The notes beneath the pieces were generated by a model that had not been told where the DNA came from, made no database searches, and saw only the letters and a program-made list of their open reading frames with translations. A program made the position numbers and the translations under genes. A DNA stretch of 12,041 nt from Candidatus Velthaea sp. (GTDB lineage Bacteria; Vulcanimicrobiota; Vulcanimicrobiia; Vulcanimicrobiales; Vulcanimicrobiaceae): positions 1 to 12,041 of the forward strand of contig JBEKHC010000127.1 in NCBI GenBank assembly GCA_050012475.1, in the 5' to 3' direction. Shown here piece by piece: positions 8,669 through 12,041 of the stretch (positions are counted from its first letter, which is position 1; each line of letters opens with the position of its first letter).

Positions 8669-10642
8669 TTGAGCCTCGTAGAAACCCGGCGGGCGTCGCT
8701 TTCGACGTTGCTGCTCATCGCCGCATTTGCCGCCGCCGCGTGCTTCCTCGTTGCGCAATTGGTCGCGACACAGCGCGGGGCCGTGCGTCTCATCGATGCG
8801 AACGGCACGGCCCGGATGCAGACCGAGCGCATCGCCTACCTCGTGGCCATGGCACGTGCCGGCGACCCGGAACCCGGCTGGGTCTCCGCCCTCGAATCGT
8901 CGATTGGCTCATTGATCGACCGTCGATCTGAAATCCAACCTCCCGCCCTACTCGCAACGCGGTCCGACGAACGGCTGCGCAACGCACTCGCGCGCGCATC
9001 CGGCCGGTACGTCGCGGCTGCGCGCGTGCTCGAGCACCATCCGTTCGATGCCGCTGCATTCGCAGCGATCCGGAGCGAGCGCGTAGCGACCGCGGCAGCC
9101 TTCGATGAGCTGGCTCGAACGCGGGCCGCGGCCGCGGCGCAGCGCGGTGCCGAACTTCTTTGGGCGTTCATCGCGGGCTGCGGCATCTTGCTCGGAGCAG
9201 CCGGTTTCGTCTGGTTCAAGTTCGTCGTCCCGGCTTGCGGCCGGCTCCATGCATCGATCGCCGCCGTGACCACCCAACGGGCCGAATTGCAGTCGCTCTT
9301 CGAACAGACTCCCGATGCCACGGGGATCTTCGACCTCAATTTCTCGCTCGTCCGAAGCAACCGCGCGCGAGCCGAACTCATCGGTTTACCGTCGGCGGAA
9401 CTCGTCGGCCGGCACTGCACGACGTTTGTCGAACCGCATCTGCGCGCTGCGGTGATGGACGTTTTCGAGCGCGCCAAGCACGGCGAGCACGTCGTGTTCG
9501 AGACGCGCCTGCGTTCGGCAGCCGATGAGCCGATCGACGTGCACATGAGCGTGTTTCCGAACGTCATCGGCACGGCAATTGCGGGAGTCATCGCCGTGAC
9601 GCGCGACATCCGTGAGTTGCGCCGCGCGCAGGCCGAAAGCAGCGAGATGGCGCAGCGGCTGGGGGCTTTGTGCGCCATCGCATCGAGTCACGGCGGCGAC
9701 TGGAAACAGCAGATCGAAGCGGCACTCGCGCTGGCCGCCGCGCAGCTCGGCTGCGAGTGGGGTATCGTCGGCGAGATCGACGGGGAAACCATCACGATCT
9801 TGGCGCTCGTCGGTCAGCCCGCAGCAATCCATGTCGGGCTGCAAATTCCGCTCCAAGACACGCTGAGCAAGGATATCCTGGAAGACGACGATGTGTGGGC
9901 GGTCGACGATCTGCTCGCTTCGCCCTGGCAAAACCGCAACGCGCGCCACTTGACGGCGTGGCGCAGCATGGTTGCGATGCGGCTTCAGGTGAACGGCGTG
10001 AACTACGGGACATTCGCGATCGCCAGCGCGGCACCACGGGCCACACCGCTGCGTTCCGCCGACTACGATTTCTTGAAGATTCTCGCCGCGCTGTTGGGAT
10101 CGATCATCGCCGGCGGGCGGCAGCGCGCCAAGCTCGATTCACTGGCGTTTCTCGACCCCCTGACGGGCCTTCCCAATCGTGCATCGGTGACCCACAAGCT
10201 CGATGAACTCATCGCTTTCGCCACCGGTCGCGACGTGGAATTCGCCGTACACTTCATCGACCTCGACCGCTTCAAAGAGATCAACGATCGCGCCGGCCAC
10301 GACGTCGGCGACGTTGTCTTGTGCGAAGTCGCGCGCCGCTTCTCGCAGTGCGTTCGCGGTTCGGACACGGTCGGTCGTTTAGGCGGCGACGAGTTCGTCC
10401 TGCTCCAGCCGACCAACACCGGACGGCAAGGCGCCCTCGATCTCGCCGCCCGCATCACCAAAGTCATTGCCGAGCCGTTCGTTCACAACGGCGAATCTTA
10501 CCGGCTGGGCTGCAGCATCGGCATCAGCCTCTTTCCTGCCGACGCCCGCGACGCGCAAGCGCTGCTCAAGTGCGCCGATGCGGCGATGTATCGCGCGAAG
10601 ACCGAACCCGCTTCGGCCGCGCTCTTCTCCACTGCCGGTTAA
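8669..10642 (+). CDS. Membrane-bound diguanylate cyclase: TM, NarX/PilJ-like sensor, TM, PAS, GAF, GGDEF
   Basis: Two hydrophobic helices; PAS (LFEQTPDATGIFD...NRARAELIG...RDI); GAF; DPLTGLPNR, IDLDRFKEIND, RGSD I-site and GGDEF. TTG start at 8669 after GGAGGT (8659-8664). Confidence 0.93.
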   Translation: MSLVETRRASLSTLLLIAAFAAAACFLVAQLVATQRGAVRLIDANGTARMQTERIAYLVAMARAGDPEPGWVSALESSIGSLIDRRSEIQPPALLATRSDERLRNALARASGRYVAAARVLEHHPFDAAAFAAIRSERVATAAAFDELARTRAAAAAQRGAELLWAFIAGCGILLGAAGFVWFKFVVPACGRLHASIAAVTTQRAELQSLFEQTPDATGIFDLNFSLVRSNRARAELIGLPSAELVGRHCTTFVEPHLRAAVMDVFERAKHGEHVVFETRLRSAADEPIDVHMSVFPNVIGTAIAGVIAVTRDIRELRRAQAESSEMAQRLGALCAIASSHGGDWKQQIEAALALAAAQLGCEWGIVGEIDGETITILALVGQPAAIHVGLQIPLQDTLSKDILEDDDVWAVDDLLASPWQNRNARHLTAWRSMVAMRLQVNGVNYGTFAIASAAPRATPLRSADYDFLKILAALLGSIIAGGRQRAKLDSLAFLDPLTGLPNRASVTHKLDELIAFATGRDVEFAVHFIDLDRFKEINDRAGHDVGDVVLCEVARRFSQCVRGSDTVGRLGGDEFVLLQPTNTGRQGALDLAARITKVIAEPFVHNGESYRLGCSIGISLFPADARDAQALLKCADAAMYRAKTEPASAALFSTAG

Positions 10643-10688
10643 CGGGGCCGCGCTCGCGCCCGGCAGCGCACGCGGAGCAGGGAGAACG

Positions 10689-10762
10689 TCGGGACGACAG
10701 GATTTGAACCTGCGACTTCTGCGTCCCAAACGCAGCGCTCTACCAAGCTGAGCTACGTCCCG
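10689..10762 (-). tRNA. tRNA-Pro (TGG), CCA not encoded
   Basis: CGGGACG acceptor, CTGCG-TTTGGGA-CGCAG anticodon arm, GGTTCAAATCC. Confidence 0.97.
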
Positions 10763-10773
10763 TCTTCGCGCGA

Positions 10774-11438
10774 TTATTCCCGTTGGCCGCCGTGAGTGCC
10801 TCGCAGCGCCGCTGCGCCGTCGTTCAGTCCCGCGGCCGCCGCATCGATGGCCGCGACAATCGCGGCCGTCGCGATCGCCCGGTGGCTGACCCGGTTCTTC
10901 TCCTCATCGCTCAACTCGGCAAACGTCCGTCCGGCGGGCAAGTAGAGGAACACGGGATCGAACGAAAAGCCCAAGCCGCCGCGTTCGACAGCGGCGATCT
11001 CCCCGTCGACGGTGCCCAGCGACCCAAATTCGCGGCCCTGCGCATCGATGTAATGCATCCAGCACACGAAGCGCGCCCGCCGGTCGCGACGTCCGCTCGC
11101 CGCCAACTCGGCTAGGAGCTTGGCACGCCGCTGGGGCCAGGTCGCCTGCGTGCCGCCGTAGTCGGCCGTGACGACGCCCGGCCGGCCGTCGAGGGCGTCG
11201 ACCTCGAGGCCCGAATCGTCGGCCAGCACCGCCTCGGCGCGCTGTTCGGCGCGCAAACGCTCGTGGAGCGTACGCGCTTTGAGCGCCGCGTTGTCGGCAT
11301 AGCTGCGCTCGCCCTCCGGCGGACTCTCGTAGCCGGGATAGAGCGCGACGTCGTACCCGTGCGGCGCGAACAGTGCGCGCATCTCGTGCAGTTTGCCGCG
11401 ATTAGCGGTTGCGACGAAGATCGTGCGCGGCCGCTGCG

Positions 11439-11442
<4 letters not shown>
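10774..11442 (-). CDS. rdgB: Non-canonical purine NTP pyrophosphatase (RdgB/HAM1 family)
   Basis: [41 protein letters not shown] and EKNRVSHR. The GTG start overlaps the lepA TGA (GTGA). Confidence 0.94.

Positions 11443-12041
<599 letters not shown>

Overview
GC-rich bacterial chromosomal segment made mostly of housekeeping genes on the minus strand: 3' end of lepA, rdgB-type pyrophosphatase, seven tRNA genes (Pro-TGG, Arg-TCT, His-GTG, Lys-TTT, Lys-CTT, Leu-TAG, Gly-GCC) and tig-clpP-clpX. These are followed by an unrecognised single-pass membrane protein, a plus-strand msrB with a signal peptide, and a Crp/Fnr regulator with a TM-GAF-like/GGDEF gene that is broken at about 660. A plus-strand membrane-bound diguanylate cyclase (NarX/PilJ-like sensor, PAS, GAF, GGDEF) sits inside the tRNA cluster. 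No integrase, transposase or CRISPR array is visible, and I cannot claim a clearly new system. The leads are non-coding or small-scale: a 55-bp double-hairpin repeat pair abutting tRNA-Leu, two long rod-like inverted-repeat regions (3683-3859 and 8230-8332), a 28-bp palindromic tandem duplication, the split GGDEF gene and a probable leaderless msrB. All structures were paired by eye and none were computed.
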